Part shown: positions 11,976 to 25,024 of the stretch, in pieces
Numbering within the stretch: position 1 is the stretch's first letter
Layout of the letters: each line of letters opens with the position of its first letter
NCBI RefSeq assembly: GCF_006345805.1
Contig: NW_021834270.1
Span: 1 to 50,390, forward strand
Direction: 5' to 3'
Length of the DNA: 50,390 nucleotides
DNA from: Octopus sinensis
Lineage: Eukaryota
The notes under the pieces: generated by a model
The model's database searches: none
What the model was told of the DNA's origin: nothing
What the model saw: only the letters and a program-made list of their open reading frames with translations
Position numbers and translations under genes: made by a program

Positions 11976-12103
11976 TTGTTAATAAATAAAAAATCTTGTT
12001 TTTTTATTTAATTTAGTAAAAATTTTCATTTTAATAAATTTATTATTACAATATTGTAATTATAACTCTGAATTATTCTTCAATTAATTTTCAAATCTTA
12101 ATA

Positions 12104-15100
12104 ATGGAAACCCATAGTTATATAATTCCTTTAAAATGTACAAGTTCAAGGATTTATTTTTCAGCTGTCCAGAGTTTAATTGATAAGGCTAAAGAAATTA
12201 TCACTGCAAGAAATGGAGAGTACAAATTACTTTTTACTGAATGGTGCGAAATTTTACACAAATGTGGCCAGGCAAGCCGTGATTATACCAATTCGTTGGA
12301 AAAAATATCTCGTATTTATAGCGAGAAAACAAAGTATAATTACTTAATTTATAACTATAATAGAATTATTCGATCTGTTGAACTTTCAGGCCTTAATTGC
12401 TCTTTGATGGCATTTGGGGATAGCCAGGCAGCATACATTCGTCCATTTTCGAATTATACTCTATGTGGACTTCCCTTAATTAGTGATATTTTTCCAAATT
12501 TATGTGACTTCCTTGTAGTTTCGGTATAATTATGCATAATTATTCAGTGTTCCGCAATTTTGAATAAATATCAAGTATATATTAACAAGCTTAATGATCA
12601 GCATTCCAAAGTAAAATATTATTTTAACCATTTAAAGTTACTATCAACTTATGTGACTGCTTTTAACAAATCAGTGAAAAAAGATGACGAGTTAATTAAA
12701 AAAATGGATAAAAAGAATGTAAAATTGGTATTTTGGGATTTTAATACTTTATTAGAAAATGGAGTCTTCAATGAAGTATCACAGAGAAGCATATTACAAT
12801 TTTGCATTGCTCATGCAAGAAACTGCCAAAATCAACCAGGGATTAGAATTTTTTATAAACGCTTTATTTGAAGAAATCATATTTGTCTACATTCTTATTA
12901 AACATAATAGATGAGTGATGCTGGATTTCAAATTTTGTTTGACACTTTTTTTGAGAATCTAAAAGAAGTTGTTGATCTTAGCTCAAGTAAAATTCCTTCA
13001 TATTCACTTCTACTAACCTCAATCACGGGTGTCTTCAATGTTGTTGAAGACGAGGAATTTTACAAAGAAAATATAAAATCTTTTTTCGAAAGTTGTTCAA
13101 AAAAGCGATTTTGTAAATATTTTTATCGGAAAGTGCTTTTTTTATGAATTAAAACATTTTAGTCTAGTGTAATTTCCGAATCAGAAATTGAATATCTTGC
13201 AAAATTTCCGGAAGTTTTAATTAAAAATAAGGAAAAAATTTCAATTTGTGAGCAACAACTATATAAAGTAACATCATAGAGTATATATTTAGTTATCGTC
13301 GGTGTCTACTCTCAAAAAAACAGTTGAAGAAGTACTTTTTAATGGATATAAAGAAGGAACACCTTGGAAACAGTTAAAACCTCTTTTAGTTCCAATTTTC
13401 AATGTAGACTGGTTTTAGAGATTTAATTTAGAATTTCGAGGAAAGGATAATGGCATTAGCCAGATTGCAAGAAGCAAAGATCTCAACAAATTTTTTTTCT
13501 GGAATTGTTATTGAATCAAATGCAAAAATCTCAAATAATTTTATTATTGGGTATTTGATGACAAGAAATTATTTTTAATTAGAACAGGTTTAATTAAGTA
13601 TGAAGAAAAGCTTTTTTCAATTGGAAAATGGGGAGAAAATTGTAAAATATTCGGTGGATCTATCGAAGAGCACTGTCGGGTGATAAACGTATAATATAAA
13701 ACTAGATGTCTGGATTTGAGATTTCACCTATTCTCATTTTCTGTGTTGAAAAAATTACTTCTTTAAACATTTCGACTGAAGGAGTTTTTCGTCTTGCGGG
13801 AAATGCTATAAATATCAAAAAACTAAAAAATCTTTTTGAATCAGGTTTTAATTTTTTCCCCATTTTAAAGGTTATTATTATTCCAACTGTGACATAATGG
13901 ACTACTGTGATGTTTTTAAGGAATATTTGCGTAATTTGTCCAGCCCATTACTACCATCTGAATATCTAAAAAAATTAGAAAGCATAGGTTAAGGATTTTT
14001 TAATGCATTATGAAAAATTACTAAAAAACTAATTTGAAATATTAGTTTCTACTTCAAAAAATGAAAATGATTTGGAAAAAATAAAAGGAGTCATAAAATC
14101 TATTTCATCTGTTTATAGAAAAAACCTTCAATTTCTTTGCCTTTTTTTAACAAAGTAGTTCATCAAATTTTTTAGTTTTTTTTAGAGTTGCCGCTGTATC
14201 TGAAAGCAACAAAATGACTTTAGCTAATCTGGCGCTTATATTTGCTACAAATATAAATAATCAAAATATGGCAAATATTCTCGATAACACCTCAATAAAA
14301 GTAATTTATACTCTTCTTAACCATGCCAACAAAATTTTCACCGATAATATACCGGAATATAAAATTATGGAAACATTATTTGATATTGACAAGTTTACAT
14401 ATTTTTATTCATAGTATATCAGAAATGAAGATTTTGCTTGTGCGGCTAATCAACAGTCAATTCAATGTTTAAAAAATTAAATTACTTTTCAAGCGGCAAA
14501 AATTTCTTCTGAAGTGGAAGAAACGCATTTGTCGGGAGAAACTGAAGAATACCAAGCAGATCAATTCGAATGCAGTTCAGAACCAGAAGACATAGAACTA
14601 GACAATTTTAAATTTTAGTAATATCAAAAATATATTTTTTAAGTCGTCCAACTAGTTTTGATGATGATCGAATGCTAAAAAATTATATCGTGCCTGACTA
14701 TATTTTTGAGTTTATTTGGCCTCCAGCCGAAATTGAAGTAAAAAATAAAATTATTTAATATAGCTCAATACTAATGAACTGAATTATAAATTTGAAAAAG
14801 ATGGTTTCTCTGGATGGAGAATTTTTGGATTAGTTATTTTTGATGAAAAAAATGAAACAAATAAACGAGAATTTGATATAACGGAACTGAAAGTTTTATT
14901 AAATTACTTCATTCTAGTCAATTGAAAACGAACTATATAAATATTGGACATTCAATCCACAAAATAATCAAAAAACATCAATGTAATAAAATTTTTGTTA
15001 GAATTCAGGGAAGCAACATGGATATCAAATGGAGGAAAATTTGAAAATGAAAAAACTTATTTTGAAAAATGTTTAGAATTACGAGAAAAGTTTGATCCTG

Positions 15101-15425
15101 AAAAGTTGCATTTGTTTATTCAATACTTCAGGTTTTTGTCTAAAGCAAACATTAAACCTAGCGATTTGGACTTTTCCATGGTATCTATTACATTAATAAA
15201 ATTAATTTATAGAAAAATAATGTTGTAAATGCATGTTTAGATATCTTTGGTGTAACTCCAAGAGTAGTAATAAAAGTTGTGATATTATGAAAGCTTTATA
15301 TATTTTAGAAGACTATACTGTGGAAAATTCAAATATTTTTGGACTCAGATTTTAAAGCAATAAAATCTCCTTACAATGACAATAATGAACCATTTAGATA
15401 TCCAGTTTTTAGAAAAAAACAATAG
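12104..15425 (+). CDS. Multi-exon RhoGAP-domain protein; helical N-terminus (possibly F-BAR-like); 3' exons tentative
   Basis: ISPILIFCVEKI..ISTEGVFRLAG (arginine finger), DVFKEYLRNLSSPLL, and NKMTLANLALIFA at about 13700-14300. Many short GT-AG introns. Boundaries outside the RhoGAP domain are less certain. Confidence 0.7.
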
Positions 15426-15504
15426 TAATTTATTAATTTAAACTGAGTCCTTTATTAATAAAAAGAAACTAATTAATAGTTAATTAATAAAAAGAAACTA
15501 ATTA

Positions 15505-15900
15505 CTAATTAACCGTGCATTCCAACAACTCGAGCTGTTCAGAGAAGGGGAAGAGAACACAGTCGACGAAACTAGCGGAAACAGACAACGGGGAAAGGTA
15601 ACATGGGAGGGATAAATCGCCCCAAGAACGAATGCCGATGCCCCCGTAACGAATAGGTAGATTAACCCGTCGCATGTCTGAAGGTTTGAATTTAGTATTT
15701 ACAAGTAGCTCAAGAGCTTTGGAGACCATGTTGTCGAGACGAGATATGTAATTTTGTTCGAGAAAGCAGGGCAATGAGCGCATGAGATAAGTTAGCTTCG
15801 GAATAAAGAGATAGTTCTTGAGCAAGAAAAGGCACAAATGGGATTCAAGTTTGGAAATGCGGGAAATTAGGGTTTCCAATTCTTCGAGCCTGTTGCATAA
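15505..15900 (-). mobile_element. CRE-clade non-LTR retrotransposon fragment (post-RT region)
   Basis: LFIPKLTYLMRSLPCF...LPIRYGGIGIRS..LSLPCYLS matches the CRE motif PKL.YLLR..P / LP...GGLG.R....LPAFLAS. Confidence 0.75.
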
Positions 15901-15914
15901 ATCACGAAATTAAA

Positions 15915-18900
15915 CCAAATAAACCAGCCTCGACTTATCATCGTACAGACCAATTACACTTCTATGCACCACTTCAAAAATAATGGAACTTCTAATTCTA
16001 AACAGAATATCTCATCAACTTCAAATCAGCAAAGCGCAACATAGCTACAGACATTTAACATTGGTAATAACTCAAACGATGGTTATCCAACTACCTCAGT
16101 GGGAGACAAGGTTATATCCAACTAAATAAAAAACTCTCAAATACAGTAAAGTCTCTCGAATCCGCCGACTCTCGAATCCGCCATACCCTCGAATCCGCCA
16201 ATTATAATTAATAAATTCTCTTATCCGCCATTTTTCCTAGAAAAATTCTCGAATCCGCCAAATTCTCGAATCCGCCATATTTTTATAATGAATCCGCCAT
16301 GTTGTTTATTTTAAATAATTTTTTAATTAAATTTACTGATATATAATCAATTTATTAACACGTTACATCTGTCTTTGTTGTTGTATTAATGAAACGTAAC
16401 TGTACAAGACTAAAAAACAATCAAAAAATTGAGATTTTGAAGTTTATTCAAACAAATAATGAATTATCTTCACTAAAAATTTCTGAGATTTTTTCAAAAA
16501 AATACAACTTGCCTGTTTCTCGCCGATCTATTGATGATCTGAAAAGTAAAAGAGAATCTAACATTATGTTTCATAACCTAAGATCTGACATTTCCCGCAA
16601 ACAATATTTAAAGCTTGCTGAAATCGATGATAATACTATTGCTTGGGTCAATTCAATGGATCTTAAAGGAGCCATTTTAAATGATAGGATTATTACTGAG
16701 AAAGCAAAAGCCTTTGCATTGAATCTCGGGATTACTGAATTCAAAGGAAGCAAAGGGTGGTTAGTTAAATTTAAAAAAAGGAATGGTTTGAAATTACGTA
16801 ATATGCATGGAGAATCTGCAACTCCAAATTTTGACCCTAATTAGTATCAGATTTCATTGAATTAATCAAAAATAAAATCAGTCTTTACGGAGCTCAAAAT
16901 GTTTATAATGCCGATGAAACTGGCTTATTTTACAAAATGATACCGTCTAAGAGTGTTTGTAAAACCATTAAATCTGGCTATAAAGTCCTGAAAGACAGAG
17001 TTTCTGTTATGTTATGTACAAATGTTGACGGTACAGATAACCGAACACCCTTACTAATTGGGTTGTTTAAAAATCCAAGATGTTTCAAGAATTTCGATAT
17101 CAAAAAATGTTATATATTCAAATTCAAAGAGAGCATGGATGGATAGCAGAATTTTTAATCAATTTCTATTAAAATGGGAAATGGAATTGCGAAAACAAGA
17201 TAGAAAATTTTGCTTGTTGTAGATCAATCTCCTGCACATAAGGTGAATTTCATGAAATTTACATTAGGTATTGATTGAATTAAAACAAATTGAGATGTTA
17301 TTTCTACCACCTAATACAACATCTTTTTTACAGCCCATGGATCAGGGCATAATTAAATCGTATAAATGTAAATTCAACTCTCTAAAATTTTCTAATATAA
17401 TTCAAAAAATTGAAGCTGGGACAAACCCCTATGTTGCACACAAACAACTAAGCATAAAAGATTCAATATTATTTACATATTATGCTTGGAACAAAATAGA
17501 AAGTTCCTTAATTTTAAATTGTTTCATTCATGCAAAATGGACTCAAAACAATGAAAATATTAATTATGAAAATCCCTTAATTGAAAATTATGATAATATT
17601 CTGGAAAAAATGGATATTATTGATCCGTTAGAAGAAAGTCTTTATATTGAGATTGATATAATGAGAAAGTGAAGAACTTGAATTAATAATTCAGAAAAAA
17701 TAGAACAAGAAATTAGCGAAGAACCGTGTGAACAAAGTCAGAAAGTTGTTACCATTAACGAGGCTTTTATCGCTTTAAACAAATTAAAAGAGTTCTATAA
17801 TCAAGAAGAATTCTTTAATATAGAAAATCTTGAGTATATTGAAAACATTGGATCTTCAATGATCCAAACTCTACGAAGAAACAAGTCGAAACTTACTGAT
17901 TTTTTTGTTTTTAATTAATTATTTTGGCTTAATAATTTAAATTATTAATGGATTAAAAAATCGATAAGTCTCTCGAATCCGCCAAATTCTCGAATCCGCC
18001 AGATTTTGCCGATCCCCGAAATTGGCGGATTCGAGAAACTTTACTGTACTTGTATCCTCCAGTCATCTGTCCCATTTCCCACACTTTTCAACACTTACCT
18101 AAGTGACATTCCTACACCACCAGAAAATGTATCTCTGTTCTTAAACGCAGATGATATTACTATCACATCATCGAACACAGATCCAATGGCGGCATGTCAC
18201 CAAGTTTAACCATTCATTAATATCTGTATAACTAGATTACTCTAAACGGGCTATCTCTATCACTAACTAAATCATCAGCTACTTTCTAACAAGTAATACA
18301 GAAGAACACAATTTCATTCCGACAATCACAACCAACAAAATCAAATCCTTCACATCAAAAACTCAAAATACTCGAGATAACCTATGATACCTCCCTATCA
18401 TTTTGCCAGCACATTGAAAACTGACTTATAAATGCAAATGTACAATGAATGCTCTTTGTTCACTCACAGGAACCGACATTGAACAAAACAAAGAATGTCC
18501 AACATTATATACAAACAATATATTTTTCCAACATTGAACTATGCAAGTCCATCATGGGGGCCCCTGTCGTCAAAAACATTCCTTCAGAAATTACAATCAA
18601 TCCAAAACCAAGCACATAGAATTAGTACGAGTTGTATAAAGTCTATTCCGGCCGACATATGCATTAGGAGACAAACACTATCAAACTTGCAGACCAATTT
18701 GACATTCATGGAACCCAATTTTTGCCTGACCAAGTATGCTCAAAAATCATCCAAGTCGCAATCTCACGACAATAAAAATCCTGAAAGGAACATCAAAAAC
18801 ACGCCAGGACTTCACTACTATAAAATTCTAAACTTATTCACTAACAAAAAACCATCGAACATAAAAGAACTATTAACGAAGCCCTGCCTAAACACACTTC

Positions 18901-19245
18901 ACTGTAAACAATACCTCAACAACCAACCTCCAAAAATAAATACAGCTGAAAAGGATCTCAGCCTTAAAGATCAGAATGAACTGTGAGCAACATCATTCAC
19001 TACTCGACTATCAAAACAAACTCGACAAAAATGTCGATCTGAGTTGTCCAATCTGGCTTGACGGACGACACACAGTAAGTCACCTTTTTCTGAAATGTAA
19101 AAACCTTGCCGCCTTAAAAAAATCATACAAGATTGATTCTATCCTTGACTTATGGTGTAACTCTAAAAAGTCTGTTGGTTTTCTTCGTCCCGCAATCCTT
19201 CCCAATTTAGGGGGAGAATGGGGTTAAATAAATAAAATTTATTGA
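15915..19245 (+). mobile_element. APE-type LINE (Jockey/L2-like) RT remnant interrupted by the Tigger at 16144-18046
   Basis: Left part SYRPITLLCTTSKIME and RWLSNYLSGRQ. Right part SVPFPTLFNTYLSDIP..LFLNADDITI and YKQYIFPTLNYASPSWG, ending in a GGGTTAAATAAATAAAA tail. Confidence 0.85.
16144..18046 (+). mobile_element. Tigger/pogo DNA transposon (CENP-B HTH + DDE_1), inactivated by stops and frameshifts
   Basis: 23-bp TIRs CAGTAAAGT(C/T)TCTCGAATCCGCC with TA on both flanks and several subterminal TCTCGAATCCGCC repeats. Protein motifs FKGSKGWLVKFKKRNG, YNADETGLFYK, DRVSVMLCTN and FLPPNTTSFLQPMDQGII. Confidence 0.95.
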
Positions 19246-19344
19246 ATTAAATTTTAATTAAGCTATTCTAACTTCGCTAAGTCTTTGATATTTTTTTGAA
19301 TCACAAAACCATTTTTTTCTTCTTGAATCTAGATCAATCATTAC

Positions 19345-20054
19345 TGTGGCAGATACCCCTTTGATCGCCAGACCCCCATTTATGGGAATCTTGGGAGCTA
19401 TTTTTCACACTTGAGAAAAAGTCGATTTTTTGCGTCAAGTGATCGGTAACTTCTGCGATGACAAAAATGATATTGTCTCCACCGCGGAGGATACTGTCGG
19501 ATACAGGAGTAACCGCTCAAACAATTACATATACCATGACTCAAAACTGAGAGAGATGTCAGAAACAAAAGAGACATCCGCCTGAGAATCGAAAACTGTG
19601 GTATGGAAACCAAAAAAAACTAAAGAATAAACTGAACAGGCTCCTTCATGAAATTAGAGACAGGGGACGCCTACTATAGATGAAATACTTAGACGATAAA
19701 GTTACTGAAATTGAAAGACTCTCACCTGGAAACCAGATATTCATGGCCATCCGATTACTTAATCGAGGCTCACGAAATACCAAAATATCGATATGGGATG
19801 AATCAGAACACATGATATTGGACGATGAAGATAAAGTATCACGAATCGCCGACCACTTCAAGAGACAACTCCAAACAGATGACACTTATACACCCACATT
19901 CATTGGTCATCCGCGAGGCTTATTGAATGAAATAACACCCTCGGAGGTCCTGGAAGCATTTCACCGTATGAACAATAAAAGAGCTGCGCAGGATATGATG
20001 GAGTCCCAGGGGAACTACCCAAATACGCTCCCAACAGTCTAGCGAGCAACAGTC
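19345..20054 (+). mobile_element. RTE-like LINE fragment (endonuclease-RT linker), ending at the satellite
   Basis: ITPSEVLEAFHRMNNKRAA / GELPKYAP is the RT subdomain-0 region. Frameshifted. Confidence 0.7.
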
Positions 20055-23000
20055 TAGTCCCCACGACTAAAAGCTCAACTACTAGTGATTTATATGTTTT
20101 AATATTTTAGTCCCCACGACTAAGAGCTCAACTACAAGTGATTTATATGTTTTAATATTTTAGTCCCCACGACTAAGAGCTCAACTACAAGTGATTTATA
20201 TGTTTTAATATTTTAGTTCCACGACTAAGAGCACAAGTACAAGTGATTTATATGTTTTAATATTTTAGTCCCCACGACTAAGAGCTCAACTACAAGTGAT
20301 TTATATGTTTTAATATTTTAGTCCCCACGACTAAGAACTCAACTACAAGTGATTTATATGTTTTAATATTTTAGTTCCCACGACTAAGAACACAGGTACA
20401 AGTGATTTATATGTTTTAATATTTTAGTTCCCACGACTAAGAGCACAAGTACAAGTGATTTATATGTTTTAATATTTTAGTCCCTACGACTAAGAACTCA
20501 ACTACAAGTGATTTATATGTTTTAATATTTTAGTTCCCACGACTAAGAGCACAAGTACAAGTGATTTATATGTTTTAATATTTTAGTCCCCCGACTAAGA
20601 GCTCAACTACAAGTGATTTATATGTTTTAATATTTTAGTCCCACGACTAAGAGCTCAACTACAAGTGATTTATATGTTTTAATATTTTAGTCCCCACGAC
20701 TAAGAGCTCAACTACAAGTGATTTATATGTTTTAATATTTTAGTCCCCACGACTAAGAACTCAACTACAAGTGATTTATATGTTTTAATATTTTAGTTCC
20801 CACGACTAAGAGCACAAGTACAAGTGATTTATATGTTTTAATATTTTAGTCCCACGACTAAGAGCACAAGTACAAGTGATTTATATGTTTTAATATTTTA
20901 GTTCCCACGACTAAGAGCACAAGTACAAGTGATTTATATGTTTTATATTTTAGTCCTTACGACTAAGAACTCAACTACAAGTGATTTATATGTTTTAATA
21001 TTTTAGTTCCCACGACTAAGAGCACAAGTACAAGTGATTTATATGTTTTAATATTTTAGTTCCCACGACTAAGATCACAAGTACAAGTGATTATATGTTT
21101 TAATATTTTAGTTCCCACGACTAAGAGCACAAGTACAAGTGATTTATATGTTTTAATATTTTAGTTCCCACGACTAAGATCACAAGTACAAGTGATTTAT
21201 ATGTTTTAATATTTTAGTTCCCACGACTAAGAGCACAAGTACAAGTGATTTATATGTTTTAATATTTTAGTCCCACGACTAAGAGCACAAGTACAAGTGA
21301 TTTATATGTTTTAATATTTTAGTTCCCACGACTAAGAGCACAAGTACAAGTGATTTATATGTTTTAATATTTTAGTCCCCACGACTAAGAACTCAACTAC
21401 AAGTGATTTATATGTTTTAATATTTTAGTCCCACGACTAAGAGCTCAACTACAAGTGATTTATATGTTTTAATATTTTAGTCCCACGACTAAAAGCTCAA
21501 CTACTAGTGATTTATATGTTTTAATATTTTAGTCCCCACGACTAAGAGCACAAGTACAAGTGATTTATATGTTTAATATTTTAGTCCCCACGACTAAGAG
21601 CTCAACTACAAGTGATTTATATGTTTTAATATTTTAGTCCCCCGACTAAGAGCTCAACTACAAGTGATTTATATGTTTTAATATTTTAGTCCCACGACTA
21701 AGAGCACAAGTACAAGTGATTTATATGTTTAATATTTTAGTCCCCACGACTAAGAGCTCAACTACAAGTGATTTATATGTTTTAATATTTTAGTCCCCAC
21801 GACTAAGAACTCAACTACAAGTGATTTATATGTTTTAATATTTTAGTTCCCACGACTAAGAGCACAAGTACAAGTGATTTATATGTTTTAATATTTTAGT
21901 TCCCACGACTAAGAGCACAAGTACAAGTGATTTATATGTTTAATATTTTAGTCCCCACGACTAAGAGCTCAACTACAAGTGATTTATATGTTTTAATATT
22001 TTAGTCCCCACGACTAAGAACTCAACTACAAGTGATTTATATGTTTTAATATTTTAGTTCCCACGACTAAGAGCACAAGTACAAGTGATTTATATGTTTT
22101 ATATTTAGTTCCCACGACTAAGAGCACAAGTACAAGTGATTTATATGTTTTAATATTTTAGTCCCCACGACTAAGAGCTCAACTACAAGTGATTTATATG
22201 TTTTAATATTTTAGTTCCCACGACTAAGAACTCAACTACAAATGATTATATGTTTAATATTTTAGTTCCACGACTAAGAGCACAAGTACAAGTGATTTAT
22301 ATGTTTTAATATTTTAGTTCCACGACTAAGAGCACAAGTACAAGTGATTTATATGTTTTAATATTTTAGTCCCACGACTAAGAGCACAAGTACAAGTGAT
22401 TTATATGTTTTAATATTTTAGTCCCCACGACTAAGAGCTCAACTACAAGTGATTTATATGTTTAATATTTTAGTCCCCACGACTAAGAGCTCAACTACAA
22501 GTGATTTATATGTTTTAATATTTTAGTTCCCACGACTAAAGCACTTGTACAAGTGATTTATATGTTTAATATTTTAGTTCCACGACTAAGAGCACAAGTA
22601 CAGTGATTTATATGTTTTAATATTTTAGTCCCCACGACTAAGAGCTCAACTACAAGTGATTTATATGTTTTAATATTTTAGTCCCCACGACTAAGAACTC
22701 AACTACAAGTGATTTATATGTTTTAATATTTTAGTCCCACGACTAAGAGCACAAGTACAAGTGATTTATATGTTTTAATATTTTAGTTCCCACGACTAAG
22801 AGCACAAGTACAAGTGATTTATATGTTTTAATATTTTAGTCCCACGACTAAGAGCACAAGTACAAGTGATTTATATGTTTTAATATTTAGTCCCCACGAC
22901 TAAGAGCTCAACTACAAGTGATTTATATGTTTTAATATTTTAGTCCCCACGACTAAGAGCTCAACTACAAGTGATTTATATTTTAATATTTTAGTCCCAC

Positions 23001-23306
23001 GACTAAGAGCACAAGTACAAGTGATTTATATGTTTTAATATTTTAGTCCCCACGACTAAGAGCTCAACTACAAGTGATTTATATTTTAATATTTTAGTTC
23101 CCACGACTAAGAGCACAAGTACAAGTGATTTATATGTTTTAATATTTTAGTCCCCACGACTAAGAGCACAAGTACAAGTGATTTATATGTTTTAATATTT
23201 TAGTCCACGACTAAGAGCTCAACTACAAGTGATTTATATGTTTTAATAATTTGTTCCCCACCACTAAGAGCACAACTACAACTAATCTATATGTTTTAAT
23301 ATTTTT
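20055..23306. repeat. Tandem satellite of about 61 x 53 bp with two main haplotypes
   Basis: Unit TAGTCCCCACGACTAAGAGCTCAACTACAAGTGATTTATATGTTTTAATATTT (starts at 20108, 20161, 20214). Variant B is TAGTTCCCAC..GAGCACAAGTACAAG. The last unit is degenerate. Confidence 0.98.
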
Positions 23307-23821
23307 GGCTACAATCACTTTCATCTGTATCATTCTGATTGTAAGAATTAAAAATTATTTCATCGTAATATCAAATAAAATGGAGAAGTATTAATACTAA
23401 TATTATAAATTTAGAATTCGATTTTACGTATAACTATTATCTACGTGTTTTAATTTTCCTTTACTAACTTAACGTTATTTTCTTTTTGATTTTTTCCACT
23501 CTAAAAATTAACTATTATTCAATTACGGCACAATGTTATAAAAATTTACTCATTAATTTACTGTTATATGCAATCCTACTTCGAGAGGATTTATTTTGGT
23601 AGCACACAGTTCTATCGTGATTGGACTTATTAGCACTGCAGATTTTCATATACGCTTTCAGTTCTTGCACAGTGTTGTTGGATTGAAAAACTACAAGTGT
23701 ATATCTAGGTTTACGTCATTGAATCAATGAATGAAATAAATATCACTTTTTCTCTATACTAGGATATTTTTCTTGCAAAATTTTTCATTATTTACTTCTA
23801 GAACCTAGAAGTTTTAAAATA

Positions 23822-24825
23822 CAGTGAACCCTCGCAAATTGGCCACCTCGCAAATTGGCCAATTTTTGAATTGGCTATTTTTTTCACAATTTACCAAGAA
23901 AAAAATTAATTTTCTTAGTAAATTGGCAAATTCTTAAATTGGCCACAATTTTTGAATTAATTTTCTTTATTTAGAAAAAAATTAGAAAATAAATTATTTT
24001 TTTAATCATATGTCTTATAAAATTTCTCCTGGACGTTATACTCGGTTCACTTTTCTTGAAAAAACACAAATTATAAACTACAAGGAAGAAAATGACAGTG
24101 TTTTGTTTCGACTTATGGCTGACACATTCTCACATTTATTCCGCAAGACGATCTCGAGAAAGACCATCAATAATCTACTGCTTAATAAAAATTCTATTTT
24201 ATGGGATTGGAAAATTTATCAAAATTCGTTTAAAGCTGCTCACAAACCAAAATTTCTTACGCTTGAAAAAAAATTGATCGAATGGATGGATACAATAGAA
24301 TCTAAATGTATCTAATTGAAAACTAATTTTTAGGTGGTTTTTTGAATGATTCCTTAATATCGTTTAAGGCTGCGCATTTTGCCGAAGAGTTACAACTTAA
24401 TAACTTTAAAAATTATAATGGATTTTTGGCAAAATTCAAAAAGAGACACGGTTTTAGAATGCTAAAATTACATGGAGAGGTGCGAACTGATGGAGAAGTT
24501 GACATTAATTCCTTTCGTGAAGAATTCAAAGAAATTTCTAAATCGTATAAGCCTGATCCACTCGATAGAAAAGATATTGCAAGAAGATTAACTGAAATAG
24601 AAAGGGAACTTTACTGTAATGCAGAAAATGAGAATTATGTTTCGCTCATTACTGCAATAAGAAATTACAAAGCAAAATTAAAAAGAGCCAATAAAAAGGA
24701 ATTAGGGATTGAATTTTTTTAATTAAATTTCAATGTGTTTATTATATTTTTTAAGTATTGATTTTTTTCAAATTGGTCATAAAATTTGTATGTAGCACAA
24801 ATGGCCAATTTGCGAGGGTTCACTG
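23822..24825 (+). mobile_element. Internally deleted Tigger/pogo element (second family)
   Basis: Perfect 24-bp TIRs CAGTGAACCCTCGCAAATTGGCCA with TA flanks and subterminal AAATTGGCCA repeats. HTH remnants KFLTLEKKLIEW and FKNYNGFLAKFKKRHG..LHGE. Confidence 0.93.
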
Positions 24826-25024
24826 TATACTATAAGTTATGAATGAATAACAGCATCTTTGTGCGTCAACATTTTGCAGTTTACATGGTTTAGATTCTAT
24901 GAGTTTAATATCCAGATTTATATAAAAACAACATTTCACTTTATAATGTAATTTATGAATATTAAAAATAAAAAATTTTATATAAACAAAATTTTTAATA
25001 ATTTGTTTATTCATTGGTTTTGTG

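Noticed and set aside
20055-23306. CRISPR-like array (regular palindromic repeat)
   Set aside because: There are no unique spacers: the whole 53 bp is repeated. No cas genes are present and the context is eukaryotic.
16144-24825. Functional CENP-B-like protein plus satellite module (Tiggers flank the array)
   Set aside because: Both Tigger ORFs are broken and retain TIRs, so they are not domesticated. The monomer contains neither a CENP-B box nor the TIR motifs.
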